NCBI GenBank assembly: GCA_039809905.1
Contig: JBDHVY010000001.1
Coordinates: 1,170,001 to 1,202,000 of the forward strand
Direction of reading: 5' to 3'
Length of the DNA: 32,000 nucleotides
From: Candidatus Babelota bacterium
Lineage (GTDB): Bacteria > Babelota > Babeliae > Babelales > Vermiphilaceae
Under the pieces are notes generated by a model. The model searched no databases and was not told the origin of the DNA. It saw only the letters and a program-made list of their open reading frames with translations. Position 1 is the first letter of the stretch, and each line of letters begins with the position of its first letter. Shown piece after piece: positions 1-9,142 of this stretch. The position numbers and the translations under genes were made by a program.

Positions 1-56
1 TGTTCCCAGTGGGCAATCTGGTTTAAGGGTGGTTTTGTGTATTGATCTGTTTATTG

Positions 57-1157
57 TTAATTATTGTAAAGCATTCTCTTTATATTCATAATTTTTTCAA
101 CGTGATCATCAATTTCTTTTTCAGTGATGTGGTTATCTTCGAGAGTTTTTTTGATTAGGCAGATGGCTGCAGGCACATCAGTAGGACATAATAGAATATC
201 ATTTCCTGCAATAAGGGCTTGCAATTCAGCTTGTCCCTGCGAATAATTTTTTGTAATGCCACCCATATCAAGTGCATCAGTAATAATAAGACCATCAAAT
301 AGCAGTTCTTTTTGTAACACATTCGTGACAATGTTTTTTGATAGACTTGAAGGTATATTGTTTTCATTTTCAAGAGCAGGAACTTCAAGATGTGCAATCA
401 TGATGGCTGGAATATCTGCATTGATTAACGCTTTAAATGGCACTAATTCAACTGCATGCAATCTTTCTTTATCATGAGCAATAAGAGGTAAATCATAATG
501 TGAATCAACATCAGTATCACCATGTCCCGGAAAATGTTTTGCACAAGCAATAATGCCCATATCGTGTAATCCTTGTGCAAATGCAATAGCATGTTTTGTA
601 ACTATTTCTGGATTATCTCCAAACGCACGATCATTAATCACAGGATTATTTGGATTATTGTTAACATCTGCTACTGGTGCAAACACAATATTGACTCCTA
701 TTGTTTTTGCAATATTTCCAACTACTCTGCCAATATCATACGTGTATTTTTCATTATTAATTTCTCCTAGTTGTTCGTTACAAGGAAAGTGGATGAATTC
801 AGCAAAGCGACCAGCGCCAACTCTGCCGGGCTCCAAATCTTGGCCAACGAGCAATGGAATAGCTGATATACTTTGAAAGCGCAGTGTACGGTCTCTTTGT
901 TTTATGTAATCACTTTTTCCAAAAAAAATAATTCCACCGATGTGATATTCAGTGATAAGTTCTTCAATATATTCTTTATCCATGCGATACGGCTTTTTTT
1001 GCATGATTTCATGAGTAATTTCTTCATCTGCAAAAGCTGCAACCATAAATAATTGACCAATTTTTTGATCAAGAGTGAGATCACTTATATGAGGGATTTC
1101 AGAATAAATAAAAGTAAAGGAGCTGCAAAACATTATAAGAAAAAATCGCATATTCAT
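57..1157 (-). CDS. Glycoside hydrolase family 3, NagZ-like beta-N-acetylhexosaminidase, predicted exported
   Basis: ORF 366 aa; signal peptide MNMRFFLIMFCSSFTFIYS; NagZ signature KHFPGHGDTDVDSHYDLPLI and nucleophile region LIITDALDMGGI. Confidence 0.9.
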   Translation of the reverse strand: MNMRFFLIMFCSSFTFIYSEIPHISDLTLDQKIGQLFMVAAFADEEITHEIMQKKPYRMDKEYIEELITEYHIGGIIFFGKSDYIKQRDRTLRFQSISAIPLLVGQDLEPGRVGAGRFAEFIHFPCNEQLGEINNEKYTYDIGRVVGNIAKTIGVNIVFAPVADVNNNPNNPVINDRAFGDNPEIVTKHAIAFAQGLHDMGIIACAKHFPGHGDTDVDSHYDLPLIAHDKERLHAVELVPFKALINADIPAIMIAHLEVPALENENNIPSSLSKNIVTNVLQKELLFDGLIITDALDMGGITKNYSQGQAELQALIAGNDILLCPTDVPAAICLIKKTLEDNHITEKEIDDHVEKIMNIKRMLYNN

Positions 1158-1248
1158 CAGATTTCCTTTTTTATTGAATTATGCTTTGTATGCTGTTGAG
1201 GTAATTAATGACCACATTAGCATAAAAGTTATGGAATCAATATAAAAT

Positions 1249-2109
1249 TTACATTTTCAGGTAATTGGGCATGTGCTGAATTATATAAAGTGCAGAAAGG
1301 GCTAATATATTTCCAGATGTTCTCAAAGAAGATCCCGTATAAAAATTTTTCCATCCATGTTGATTTATTGTTTTTAGAAAAACATCAAGTGGTCCTTGAT
1401 AATGTTTTTTTTCTATATCAGCATGCAATTTAGTTGCCATAACCCTCAACGGTTGTGTTGTTGCAGTCAGAAGGATTGAAGAAAAACAAGCGCTTGATGC
1501 AAAAGCTGCTGCACAGTTATCACAATAATGATTGATGTAATTTTTGATAAATGGCAATCCATTGGTATATGTTGTTGCAAATAGTATTGCTTGGAATGTT
1601 GTAGGGACTATGCCACGACTCAGGCTTTTATAGCGATGAGGAAAATTATTGATAATAGTGCGCACTGGTAATCCAGTATTTTGTTTATGGACTGCTAATA
1701 ATCCTGAAGCATTAGAAAAAGGAGCTGAAGACGCACCAGCAAGAATTGCTGCAAGAGTAGTTTTTTCGTTAGGATCTTTGTTGTTATCTGAGCACCCAAT
1801 GATGTTGTTTATTAATTTATATATAGCTGTTTGCAAAGCAATAACAGGAATATTGTTAGCAGCAAGAATAGTGTATCCTCTAAAGCAATGATGTATATTG
1901 TTCATTTTTATTTTTATTTCTAATCCTTGAGCTTTTTGTGATTGCGCATAATGGAATGGCATATAGAGAAATGTAGCGAGTAAACTACTTGTTCCACCAA
2001 TTAAGCCTGTTCGAGCGCAATCAGACATATTCTTCAATACCATCGATGATTCACTTGCATGCATATGTATTATGGTGCAGCAGAGTAAAAAGGTAACAAA
2101 TTTGTACAT
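1249..2109 (-). CDS. Mitochondrial carrier family (SLC25)-like membrane protein with N-terminal signal-like segment
   Basis: 286 aa; C-terminal repeat QPLRVMATKLHADIEKKHYQGPLDVFLKTINQHGWKNFYTGSSLRTSG resembles the PxDxxKxRxQ...YxGxxdxxxKxxxxEGxxxfYkG carrier repeat; two earlier, more degenerate repeats starting at MPFHYAQ and APFSNASG. Confidence 0.65.
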   Translation of the reverse strand: MYKFVTFLLCCTIIHMHASESSMVLKNMSDCARTGLIGGTSSLLATFLYMPFHYAQSQKAQGLEIKIKMNNIHHCFRGYTILAANNIPVIALQTAIYKLINNIIGCSDNNKDPNEKTTLAAILAGASSAPFSNASGLLAVHKQNTGLPVRTIINNFPHRYKSLSRGIVPTTFQAILFATTYTNGLPFIKNYINHYCDNCAAAFASSACFSSILLTATTQPLRVMATKLHADIEKKHYQGPLDVFLKTINQHGWKNFYTGSSLRTSGNILALSALYIIQHMPNYLKM

Positions 2110-2147
2110 GATTTCCCCTTGTGATTGATAAAAAATTGCCCTAAAAA

Positions 2148-2169
2148 AAGGCCCTCTGATGAGGGCCTT
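2148..2169 (-). terminator. Rho-independent terminator of the minus-strand GH1 gene
   Basis: aaggccctc-tgat-gagggcctt perfect 9 bp stem; on the minus strand followed by TTTTTT. Confidence 0.75.
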
Positions 2170-2182
2170 AAGTAATTAATGA

Positions 2183-3568
2183 TTATTTCTTTTTTATTGT
2201 AGTCAGATATGGCGATGCGCCACTTTTTAATGTGCGTTGTTTGGTAGCCTGATCAACAGAAAAAAGACCAAATTGTGTATCATAACTTCCCCATGAAAAA
2301 CCATCTAAAAAGCTATAGTAATAATATCCTTCTACATTGTGACCTTCTGTCTTTGCTTTATGTAAGGCGTAAAGATGGCGTTTAATGAATAAATCTCTCA
2401 TGCTTTCATCATGGGTAGCGATACCATTTTGCGTAATAATCATGGGAATATGCAATTTTTTTGCGATTTTTTCTGATATTTCTTTGATTGCTAAATATAA
2501 TCCTTCAGGATATACCGTCATACTAGGAACATCAGTTGGCATTTCACTCGGGTTGCCTATATGATTGAAAATATTTTTAATATATCCATGACTATGATAA
2601 TTGATACCAATAAAATCAAGAGATTTTGGAGCAAATGCATTAGTATGATTGATCCACGCTCCTTTTTTGCCGGGGAAAGGTATTCTTAGTGCGAATATAC
2701 CGCTCGTGAAAAAATTATAAAATGAATAATTTGTGAGAATGTTGGCAACATAACAACTTGCTCTATCCCAAAAATGCCATGGTTCAAGAATGTGCACATG
2801 TTTGATAATGCCGATTCTGCTTGTGTTTCCATGCGGAGCAGCTTTAATTGCTTGATATACACGCACATGTGCTTCGAGTTCATTTTTAAGCACTGTTGCA
2901 GCACGGTTAAGACTACGAATTCCTGGAGGAGTGCTACCAAGAAGATAACCTAGTACGGCATAATTTTCTGGAGCCCAGAACGTGATCCAACGATTTATTT
3001 TGGTGCCTAATACTGCATACACTTTTAGGCAATACCGTTCAAATAATTGAATATTTTTTTCATATTCAAATCCACCTAAATAACCCCACCACAAAGGATC
3101 ACAATAATCTTTTAATATCACGGTAATTTCAATATTATTTTCGACTAATTCATTACAGAGATTTTTATATTGTTCTAATACTGCTTCATCAAAAATACCC
3201 TGTTCAGGTTCTATTCTGCTCCAATCAAGAGAAAAACAATACGTTGAAATACCCATTTCTTTCATCAATTGAACATCTTTTTTATAATTTTCTAAAAGTG
3301 ATGCATTGTTGTCAGAAGATGATCGTGTGAACGTTTGACCTTGCTTGTTTGTTTGATTTGCCCAAGCATACCAAGTACTTGTTTTTGAATAACCTTCCGT
3401 TTCATAGGAAAGGGTAGTTACACCCCACGAAAAAGATGCCGGAAATGAAAGAGCATTAATATTAATATCTTGCCATTTCCAATACGTAGTTGGTAAAAGA
3501 GAAAAATGAAATAAAGTCAAAATTATACTATAGAATAGTGCGGTGCGTTTCATGTGATGCCTTTGCAT
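2183..3568 (-). CDS. GH1-fold protein (paralog A), predicted catalytically altered; exported or membrane anchored
   Basis: 461 aa; GH1-like FSWGVTTLSYETEG, FYYYSFLDGFSWGSYDTQFGLF-type C-terminus; acid/base motif TFNEP replaced by TFWAPE, nucleophile motif ITENG replaced by ITQNG. The true start may be the internal Met of MKRTALFYSIILTLFHFSLLP. Confidence 0.85.
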   Translation of the reverse strand: MQRHHMKRTALFYSIILTLFHFSLLPTTYWKWQDININALSFPASFSWGVTTLSYETEGYSKTSTWYAWANQTNKQGQTFTRSSSDNNASLLENYKKDVQLMKEMGISTYCFSLDWSRIEPEQGIFDEAVLEQYKNLCNELVENNIEITVILKDYCDPLWWGYLGGFEYEKNIQLFERYCLKVYAVLGTKINRWITFWAPENYAVLGYLLGSTPPGIRSLNRAATVLKNELEAHVRVYQAIKAAPHGNTSRIGIIKHVHILEPWHFWDRASCYVANILTNYSFYNFFTSGIFALRIPFPGKKGAWINHTNAFAPKSLDFIGINYHSHGYIKNIFNHIGNPSEMPTDVPSMTVYPEGLYLAIKEISEKIAKKLHIPMIITQNGIATHDESMRDLFIKRHLYALHKAKTEGHNVEGYYYYSFLDGFSWGSYDTQFGLFSVDQATKQRTLKSGASPYLTTIKKK

Positions 3569-3624
3569 TAGAAATATCTTGATACACCGTATAGTATAAT
3601 TTATTTTTTATAATTTAGAATTTT

Positions 3625-5202
3625 TTAATATCCAATCAGTGGCTTAGGCATTTGTGCTTCATATTCTTGCTGCGTGAATGTTGGTTTAATACCATAGTAT
3701 CCTCTGATAAAATCGCGATAACCTTTCGAACTCGGTTTTAAAGTACGTTTCAGGTAATTAGGTGAAGATGTATCAAAATTAACATGGAAAAAACCATAAT
3801 TACGGGTTCCAAATGCGTGAGGAAATGCAGTACTTGGCCATTCATAACTATCATGAGATGACCATGGCAAATAACCAATAACAGGATAACCTTTGCTCAA
3901 TAATTGCCTGATATTTTCTAATGCACGATTAAAGAATCGTTTTCTTTTTTCTTCTCCCTGAGGAGTATTGGCTGTTGCAATACCATTTTCCGTGATGATA
4001 ATTGGTATGTTAAGTGGTTGTGCAAGAGTATCATTGATTACTTTGACAGCTCGCTCCAGGCCTTCTGGATAATCACGATATCGTGGGTTTTCTGTCATGT
4101 ATTCAGGATTTTTTTCTTCTTGAGGTTTTGTTAAAAACATATTCATATTTGAGTAAAAATTAAGACCAATCCAATCAAGGGATTCTGGAGCGGATGCATT
4201 AATTACCGAAGCTATTTCTTTTGGACCAATAGATAAATGTGCTCTACCTGTGCTGAAAAAATCAAAAAAGAGCTTATTTTGTAATGTATCTGCTACGGTA
4301 GTAATCAATCCAGAGACAGGAGATAGATAATAGTGAGTTTTATTGCCGTAGGATCTATCAAAGAGTATCAAATTTTTTATAATACCAATTTGAGGATTTG
4401 GCAGATGTGTATTTTCTTTATATAAACTTTTTATTGTTTTGTATGCAGCAACGTGTGCTTCAAGCATGTGAGCAAGCACTTTTTGAGTGAGAACTTTATC
4501 TTTTTTGCCCGGAGTATTTTCGCCTTCTTGATATGCTTTAATTGCGTATGCTTCAGGAGCATTAAATGTTGCCCAATATGTAATATCTTTCTGTAAATTT
4601 TTATACATTTCTTCTGCAAAACGAACAAAATAGATATTGTTATTTTGATTTTCAAAACCACCTAATTTTGCAAACCATTTTGGGATGGTATAATGGTGAA
4701 GTACTACGATTGGCTCTATATTATTATTTTTTAATTGTTGGATAATTCTTTTATAATGTTCAATAGCTTCTCTGTTAAATTTTCCTCTTTTTTGTTCTAT
4801 TCGATCCCATGCAATAGTAAGGCGAAAACTGTTTATTCCTAATTCATTTTTCATTTGAGCAATATCAGTTGCATATTTGTGCCAAAAATCTATTGCATTG
4901 CCAGCAAGCGGCAATTTTTTTGAGCGATAAAAATCTGCTGTAGCATTATATTTATCCAAACCACCTTCAATTTGATAAGCAGAAGAAGACAATCCAAACA
5001 AAAACTCTTTTTGTGTTGGGTTTTGTTTATGCGCAATACTGCTTAGCCACGTTTCTTTGAATTTTTTTCCTAAATCATAAGAATTAATGGTAGGAGTTAC
5101 TTGTCCACTAACTTCATAGGTATCAGAATAATTTCTCATTGCTATCGCATTATGGGTACTAAGAAATAGTGATATTATTATGAGTTCTCTATTTTTTTTC
5201 AT
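3625..5202 (-). CDS. GH1-like protein (paralog B), exported
   Basis: 525 aa; FLFGLSSSAYQIEGG, VVLHHYTIPKWFAKLGGFE, IIITENGIA, PWSSHDSYEW; TFNAPE instead of TFNEP. Confidence 0.9.
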   Translation of the reverse strand: MKKNRELIIISLFLSTHNAIAMRNYSDTYEVSGQVTPTINSYDLGKKFKETWLSSIAHKQNPTQKEFLFGLSSSAYQIEGGLDKYNATADFYRSKKLPLAGNAIDFWHKYATDIAQMKNELGINSFRLTIAWDRIEQKRGKFNREAIEHYKRIIQQLKNNNIEPIVVLHHYTIPKWFAKLGGFENQNNNIYFVRFAEEMYKNLQKDITYWATFNAPEAYAIKAYQEGENTPGKKDKVLTQKVLAHMLEAHVAAYKTIKSLYKENTHLPNPQIGIIKNLILFDRSYGNKTHYYLSPVSGLITTVADTLQNKLFFDFFSTGRAHLSIGPKEIASVINASAPESLDWIGLNFYSNMNMFLTKPQEEKNPEYMTENPRYRDYPEGLERAVKVINDTLAQPLNIPIIITENGIATANTPQGEEKRKRFFNRALENIRQLLSKGYPVIGYLPWSSHDSYEWPSTAFPHAFGTRNYGFFHVNFDTSSPNYLKRTLKPSSKGYRDFIRGYYGIKPTFTQQEYEAQMPKPLIGY

Positions 5203-6836
5203 TGCTGTTCCTTGCTAAAATAATTTTGTATGAAATCGCGATAATATTCAGAGCCTTTTTTGAGTGTTCGAGGTAAATCATCTTGAGTAAAATCAACAGC
5301 AAACATACCGTATGGCCTATCGTATGGATTTTCTTGTATGAGAGAAGGCCATTCATAATTATCATGAGATGCCCATGGTGTATAGCCAATGATTGGATAA
5401 TCTTCTTCTATAAGTTTGCGAATAGTGTAAAGTGCACGTTGAAAAAAGCGAGTACGTCGAGCATTATTTTCTGTAGCAATGCCATTTTCTGTGATGATGA
5501 TAGGAATATTAAGTGGTTTTGCGATAGCATCATTAATAATTTTTACACCACGATAAATACCTTCCGGATAGTCACGATATCTTAAGTTTGCAGTTTGTCT
5601 ATCTTCATTGGTTTCTTGCTGTGGTTTTGTGCCTAACATTTCCATATTTGAATAAATATTAATACCAATCCAATCGAGTGTGTTGTAATAGCGATAATAG
5701 AGCAATGAAAGTATCATTTTGTTTTGAAATGCAGCACCAAAAGTGGTTGCAATTTTTGTTGAAAAAGCTTCTCTTTTTGTTGAAATTTTTTCCTGAGCAG
5801 GATCAAGCGGAACTATATTTTTTTGAATACCTATTTGTGGAACAGGAATATCTTTATTTTTGTACTGTTTATATAAAGCTTTGATTGCTTTGTATGATTC
5901 AGCATGAGCAGCGAGCATGTTATACATTACGTTTTCTGTTGTCAAAAGACTTTTTTTGGTTCCCGGAGGACCATCAAGAGTAAAATATCCTTTAAAAGCA
6001 TATCCTTCGATTGCATTGAATGTTGACCAATAGGTTACATCTGCATGCAATGCTTCATACATTTTTTTTGCAAAAGCAACAAAGTATTTGATATTTTTAT
6101 ATTTTTCAAACCCACCAATTTCTGCAAACCACTGTGGAATTGTATAGTGATGAAGTACTACAATAGGCTCAATATTGTTTTTTTTTAGCAGCCTAATGAT
6201 GTTTACATATTGATCGATTGCATCTTGGTTCCATAATGGCTTATTAGGATCATTCCATAATTCTGGTGCGAGTTGTATCCGATCCCATGCAATTGAAAGT
6301 CGGAAGCTATTAATACCAAGTTGTGCTTTCATTTGAGCGATATCTGTTCTATAGCGATTCCAAAAATCAATTGCTCTACCAGCTGGTTCAAATCCTTTTG
6401 CTTTATAAAAAATGGCATTGGCATTGTTGCTATCAAGGCCACCTTCATATTGATATGAAGATGATGAAGCTCCAAAAAGAAATTTTTCAGGATGATCTTT
6501 AAAACGAGCCATAATTGGATTTTTTTCTGCAGCTTTATTGATGGTTTCTTTAAATTTCCTAGCAGATTCTTTAGGGTCTATAATTGATTTTCTTTCATTA
6601 TAAAAATTTCCTAAATCCAAGGGCTTACCTGTTGCTTGCGAAGTGATAACGGCTTTTTGAAATTTAGTTTTCGATGGTTGTTCATTCTGTTGCGTAGTTG
6701 GTTGTGTAAAATTGGGCAGAAAACTTTTAAACCATTCGATTGAAAACATTGTCGGTTGTTCAGAAGCATATGTTGGATTATTTGGAAAGGATAATAAAAA
6801 AAAAGCTAATAAACTATTTTTTATAAACATACTCAT
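5199..6836 (-). CDS. GH1-like protein (paralog C), exported
   Basis: 545 aa; FLFGASSSSYQYEGG, HHYTIPQWFAEIGGFE, IIITENGIA, PWASHDNYEW; TFNAIE instead of TFNEP; overlaps the downstream gene by 4 bp. Confidence 0.9.
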   Translation of the reverse strand: MSMFIKNSLLAFFLLSFPNNPTYASEQPTMFSIEWFKSFLPNFTQPTTQQNEQPSKTKFQKAVITSQATGKPLDLGNFYNERKSIIDPKESARKFKETINKAAEKNPIMARFKDHPEKFLFGASSSSYQYEGGLDSNNANAIFYKAKGFEPAGRAIDFWNRYRTDIAQMKAQLGINSFRLSIAWDRIQLAPELWNDPNKPLWNQDAIDQYVNIIRLLKKNNIEPIVVLHHYTIPQWFAEIGGFEKYKNIKYFVAFAKKMYEALHADVTYWSTFNAIEGYAFKGYFTLDGPPGTKKSLLTTENVMYNMLAAHAESYKAIKALYKQYKNKDIPVPQIGIQKNIVPLDPAQEKISTKREAFSTKIATTFGAAFQNKMILSLLYYRYYNTLDWIGINIYSNMEMLGTKPQQETNEDRQTANLRYRDYPEGIYRGVKIINDAIAKPLNIPIIITENGIATENNARRTRFFQRALYTIRKLIEEDYPIIGYTPWASHDNYEWPSLIQENPYDRPYGMFAVDFTQDDLPRTLKKGSEYYRDFIQNYFSKEQQ

Positions 6837-6963
6837 CCCTTGAATTAGAACATAGCATGTTTTTAATATACAGTTTGAAAATATTGAAATTCAAGGATAT
6901 GGTCATTTTATATGAAAATTGTTAACATATCCCGATTTAAATCTTATCTCGCGTTCGGGAATA

Positions 6964-7046
6964 CCCTTCAACAAGTTCAGGGCGAGCGCAGCGAGAAATG
7001 AACGCAGTGTTTACTGCTGAGCTTGTCGAAGTATCAGGGCGAGCGC
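6964..7046. repeat. Intergenic palindromic/direct repeat element
   Basis: Inverted arms cttcaacaagttcag (6966-6980) and ctgagcttgtcgaag (7017-7031); direct copies of tcagggcgagcgc at 6977-6989 and 7034-7046. Confidence 0.6.
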
Positions 7047-7114
7047 GAAAAATATAAATAATAAATAAGGTCATTTTAGTGATTCATGCTATATATGAAA
7101 AGAGGTATTAATAG

Positions 7115-7154
7115 TAAAAAAGGATTCTGATCTAAAAATCAGAATCCTTTTTTT
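7115..7154. terminator. Rho-independent terminator (bidirectional geometry)
   Basis: aaaaaaggattctga-tctaaaaa-tcagaatcctttttttt hairpin immediately downstream of the 7169-8890 minus-strand gene. Confidence 0.85.
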
Positions 7155-7168
7155 AATAGATATATATT

Positions 7169-8890
7169 TTACGCTTTTTTAAAAAATTGTTCGGCAAAGG
7201 AAGCATAATACTTAGAACCATCTTTGAGTGTTCTTTTCATATAATCAGGTGAATTTTTATCAAAGTTCACGGCAAAAAAACCGTAATTTTTTGAATCGAA
7301 TCCTTGTGGATTATCTTGTGTTGGCCATTCATAATTATTATGCGAAGTCCATGGCAAATACCCAATAACGGGATAACCATCTTTAATCAATTGTGTAATT
7401 GTCCACATAGCCCGTTGAAAATATCGCGTACGTTTTGCATCATCATTCGTTGCAATACCATTTTCAGTAATAATAATTGGTAGTGGTTTGCCATGGTTAT
7501 TTTTTAATTTGCCAAGAGGGAATGCGAGATTGTCAGCAATTATTTTTACTGCTCGCTCAAGACCTTCAGGATAATTTCGATAATTTAGGTTATCAGTGTA
7601 ACGCTCTTCATCAATTTCAATAAGTTTATTGCCCGTGACTTGTTCAAAGCCATTCATGAATCTATTTGAATATACGTTGACTCCAATCCAATCGAATGCT
7701 TTATGAGCATGTTTGTGTTCACGATATACATTCAGACCTTTAGCAGTTTTCATAAAATCCGCATCAGGAGTATACATGCAATATACGCCATTAACCAAGA
7801 AATCGAATGTTCCACCTGATTGTATATATGATCCCATTGCGCACCCCAGCGCTGTTTTAAGGTTGTTACTATCCCAATGAGGATCAATAAGTACAATATT
7901 AATCTGTGTGCCAATAGATGGCTGTTTTAAAAGAGGATTGTGTTTTTTGAGATTTTTATATTGACGTTGAATTGCCAGAGCGGTATCAACCAGTTCGTAA
8001 TACATGTTGGCAATGACGGTGTGAGTTTTTTGGATATTATTTTTTTCACCGGGTGTTCCATCACCAGTAAAGTATCCTTTAAATGCAGGGCCTTCTGGTG
8101 CATTGCACATAGATATAAGACAATTTCCTAATTCTTCTGCCAGCTCAGTATAAACTTTTAAGCAGAATTCTTGGAAATACGCCCCATTTTTTTGTAGTTC
8201 AAATCCACCCAGATCTTCAAACCATTGTGGTACATCATAATGATGAAAAACGATCATTGGTTTAATGCCATGAGCAATAAGTACGTTGATAACTTTTTTG
8301 TAGAATGCAATTGCATCCATATCAAATACACCCAGCTGTGGTTGAATTCTGTTCCATGCAAGTGATAAACGATATGCATTAATGTGTAATTCTTGAGCGA
8401 GTTGTTCTATATCAGTTTCGTAACGGTGATAAAAATCAATCGCATCACCAGCGATTTGTAATTGTGCCTTATCACGGTAAAAACGTGCAGCAGCAGATGT
8501 TTCATCAAGACCACCTTCAATCTGATACGCAGAAGATGATGCGCCGAGCAAAAATTCTTCTGGTTTGATATCAGTGCAAGGGTTATCTATGATCGCGTTA
8601 TATAAAGCTTCAACATCAATAAGAATATTTTCTGGAGTGGCAAAAACTCCTGGGCCATATAGTTGAGCTAATTTTTCTTCGATTAAGGTATGTTCTAAGC
8701 GTCCATTATTCCAAAAATGTTTTGCAATGGCGTTTGCCATTACTTTAGCGAATTTAGCGCGTTGCTTGGCATATATCTTGGCATTTTTGACTGATGCTGG
8801 TAGTTCAAATGCCTGAGTGCTTGGCAAAAGGGTGATTATACCCATTAATATTGTCGACTTAAAGGGCAAAAGTGCTTTTTTATACATCAT
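7169..8890 (-). CDS. GH1-like protein (paralog D), exported
   Basis: 573 aa; FLLGASSSAYQIEGG, IVFHHYDVPQWFEDLGGFE, IIITENGIA, PWTSHNNYEW; SMCNAPE at the TFNEP position. Confidence 0.9.
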   Translation of the reverse strand: MMYKKALLPFKSTILMGIITLLPSTQAFELPASVKNAKIYAKQRAKFAKVMANAIAKHFWNNGRLEHTLIEEKLAQLYGPGVFATPENILIDVEALYNAIIDNPCTDIKPEEFLLGASSSAYQIEGGLDETSAAARFYRDKAQLQIAGDAIDFYHRYETDIEQLAQELHINAYRLSLAWNRIQPQLGVFDMDAIAFYKKVINVLIAHGIKPMIVFHHYDVPQWFEDLGGFELQKNGAYFQEFCLKVYTELAEELGNCLISMCNAPEGPAFKGYFTGDGTPGEKNNIQKTHTVIANMYYELVDTALAIQRQYKNLKKHNPLLKQPSIGTQINIVLIDPHWDSNNLKTALGCAMGSYIQSGGTFDFLVNGVYCMYTPDADFMKTAKGLNVYREHKHAHKAFDWIGVNVYSNRFMNGFEQVTGNKLIEIDEERYTDNLNYRNYPEGLERAVKIIADNLAFPLGKLKNNHGKPLPIIITENGIATNDDAKRTRYFQRAMWTITQLIKDGYPVIGYLPWTSHNNYEWPTQDNPQGFDSKNYGFFAVNFDKNSPDYMKRTLKDGSKYYASFAEQFFKKA

Positions 8891-9142
8891 TAAGGAGCCT
8901 TTTTAGCTGGAACATTTGCTATTCTATCTGTATTTATAATATGCGAGAATAAAGCATCTGTCAAAAGGCTTTTTCCTTCACTGCTTGCCCTTTGTAGCTC
9001 GCAGAGGGTTGTAGGTTCAAAGGGCTTTCTTGGCGTAAGTGGCAATTCAATTGTGTGTCAATGATAAATTGAAATACTTATGAAATATTATATAATCGTC
9101 ATGTAGGTATATGTTTCCAATTATGATTTTTATAGGTTAATC

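Noticed and set aside
5678-5884. Internal frameshift-looking antisense ORFs in the GH1 genes (also 5283-5585, 7940-8131)
   Set aside because: The main GH1 frames are intact and conserved end to end, so these are chance ORFs.
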